Shown here piece after piece: positions 63,189 through 64,000 of a stretch of DNA of 64,000 bases. The stretch covers positions 21,293-85,292 of the forward strand of contig JACKGE010000002.1 in the NCBI GenBank assembly GCA_020632155.1, written 5' to 3'. The notes beneath the pieces are model-generated. The model saw only the letters and a list, made by a program, of their open reading frames with translations. It was not told the origin of the DNA and searched no databases. Both the position numbers and the translations under genes were made by a program. The DNA is from Candidatus Nomurabacteria bacterium. Its GTDB lineage: Bacteria > Patescibacteriota > Minisyncoccia > Phycocordibacterales > UBA918. Position 1 is the stretch's first letter, and every line of letters starts with the position of its first letter.

Positions 63189-64000
63189 ATGTTACATACG
63201 TTATATCGCTGGTACGGCAAGCGCACCGTACTTATTGTGGGAGGGCTAGTAGCGGCTCTTATTGTTTTTGGGATTTTTTATAAATTTGCGTCTGAAAAAG
63301 CACCAGATAGTGAAGAAGCTGTCGTTCCAATTGTAAAAGTAGCACCAGCTGCTGCTGCTGGTCTGTCAGATAAAGCTTCTTTTGTGGGTACAGTGCGATC
63401 GGTCAGCGAAGCTGATATAAAAGCCGAGGTAGGAGGACGCGTTACATCTGTGCCAGTAGAGCTCGGCCAAAAAGTAACCGTCGGTGCTGTTATTGCTACT
63501 CTTGAGAATTCTGCTCAGCAAGCTGCTGTACTCCAAGCTGAGGGTGCCTACGAGGCAGCGGTGGCAGCGGCTGCGCAAAGTGATATTAGTGGTAGTCAGG
63601 CACAGATCAGCCTTAAAGCTAGTCAAGACAGCCTCATTGCCACCTTAAAGGGCGCCTACTCTTCTAGTCAAAACATTCTTTATAGCGATATTGATGTGTA
63701 CTTTACTAACCCCAATGAAGGTATCATTGGGTTGAAAAATATTTCTGGAGGCTCCTCAATTAATCCTGCCCGAGAAACACTACGTACTACTTTGCCGGCA
63801 TGGAAGAATGAAGTTGATTCGCTCAATGCAAACAGCGATCTTTTTGCTGCTACTGATTTGGCTTTACTGCGTATTGACGACATCACAGTGATTGTTAACT
63901 TTTTTATCACTAAGCTTAATAACCCTGAAACGACAAACCTTACTGAAGCTGAGCGTACTGCTGCCCTGTCTTCTTTTATTAGCACTCGCTCAAGCCTAGA
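63189..64000 (+). CDS. HlyD/membrane-fusion-protein family periplasmic adaptor (efflux/secretion); 3' end truncated by the window
   Basis: Manual translation gives MLHTLYRWYGKRTVLIVGGLVAALIVFG...IVKVAPAAAAGLSDKASFVGTVRSVSEADIKAEVGGRVTSVPVELGQKV: TM anchor plus lipoyl-like and coiled-coil segments. Upstream promoter TTGACA-N17-AATTAT. Confidence 0.55.
   Translation, partial: MLHTLYRWYGKRTVLIVGGLVAALIVFGIFYKFASEKAPDSEEAVVPIVKVAPAAAAGLSDKASFVGTVRSVSEADIKAEVGGRVTSVPVELGQKVTVGAVIATLENSAQQAAVLQAEGAYEAAVAAAAQSDISGSQAQISLKASQDSLIATLKGAYSSSQNILYSDIDVYFTNPNEGIIGLKNISGGSSINPARETLRTTLPAWKNEVDSLNANSDLFAATDLALLRIDDITVIVNFFITKLNNPETTNLTEAERTAALSSFISTRSSL

Noticed and set aside
63366-63985. Minus-strand ORFs 63366-63626 and 63680-63985
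   Set aside because: Antisense to a coherent HlyD-family adaptor reading frame (TM anchor plus lipoyl-like motifs) that starts at 63189 with a good upstream promoter; no motifs of their own.
1-64000. Alternative genetic code (UGA as Gly, code 25)
   Set aside because: TGA terminates recognisable genes at conserved C-termini (e.g. corA), as do TAA and TAG; protein lengths are normal with code 11.

Overview
Gene-dense bacterial window with mostly minus-strand housekeeping genes and four unusual regions. Standard genetic code: TGA, TAA and TAG are all used as stops. I found no rRNA, tRNA or CRISPR array.

The content and organisation (truncated AlaRS, many small membrane proteins, degenerate S10/spc/alpha ribosomal cluster) suggest a reduced-genome lineage, possibly CPR/Patescibacteria-like; this is inference only.

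Main gene content:
- Ribosomal-protein and chaperone block: rpsI, rplM, rplQ, rpoA, rpsD, rpsK, rpsM, rpmJ, infA, preceded by grpE-dnaK-dnaJ.
- Cell-wall and division block: murG, ftsW, mraY, dacA-like, scpA and scpB, murI, mltG, and an M23 EnvC-like peptidase.
- Eight aminoacyl-tRNA synthetases: cysS, gltX, aspS-type, trpS, alaS (truncated form), leuS.
- Also ychF, mnmA, pepA, pepF, ctpA, rplI, rpmA, and many small membrane or secreted proteins.

Most unusual features:
1. A ~1 kb non-coding region (13270-14274) between convergent genes. It holds a 22-bp perfect inverted repeat, a 15-bp-stem terminator, and tandem ~91-bp units whose hairpins co-vary.
2. Three tandem copies of a ~45-nt two-stem hairpin motif with compensatory stem changes between corA and cysS (714-950).
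3. A lower-GC, strand-switched island (about 29978-32575) encoding a close homologue of L-arginine:glycine amidinotransferase next to a DMT-type transporter.
4. A ~520-bp structured non-coding region between rpsI and grpE that I could not assign to any known RNA family.
5. An actin-like ATPase plus bitopic membrane protein pair sitting where secY/adk/map normally lie next to infA.
6. A nuclease / MGMT-like / small alarmone hydrolase operon, and an ATP-cone fused to a restriction-endonuclease-like domain.
7. Two Shine-Dalgarno-preceded micro-ORFs downstream of ychF.
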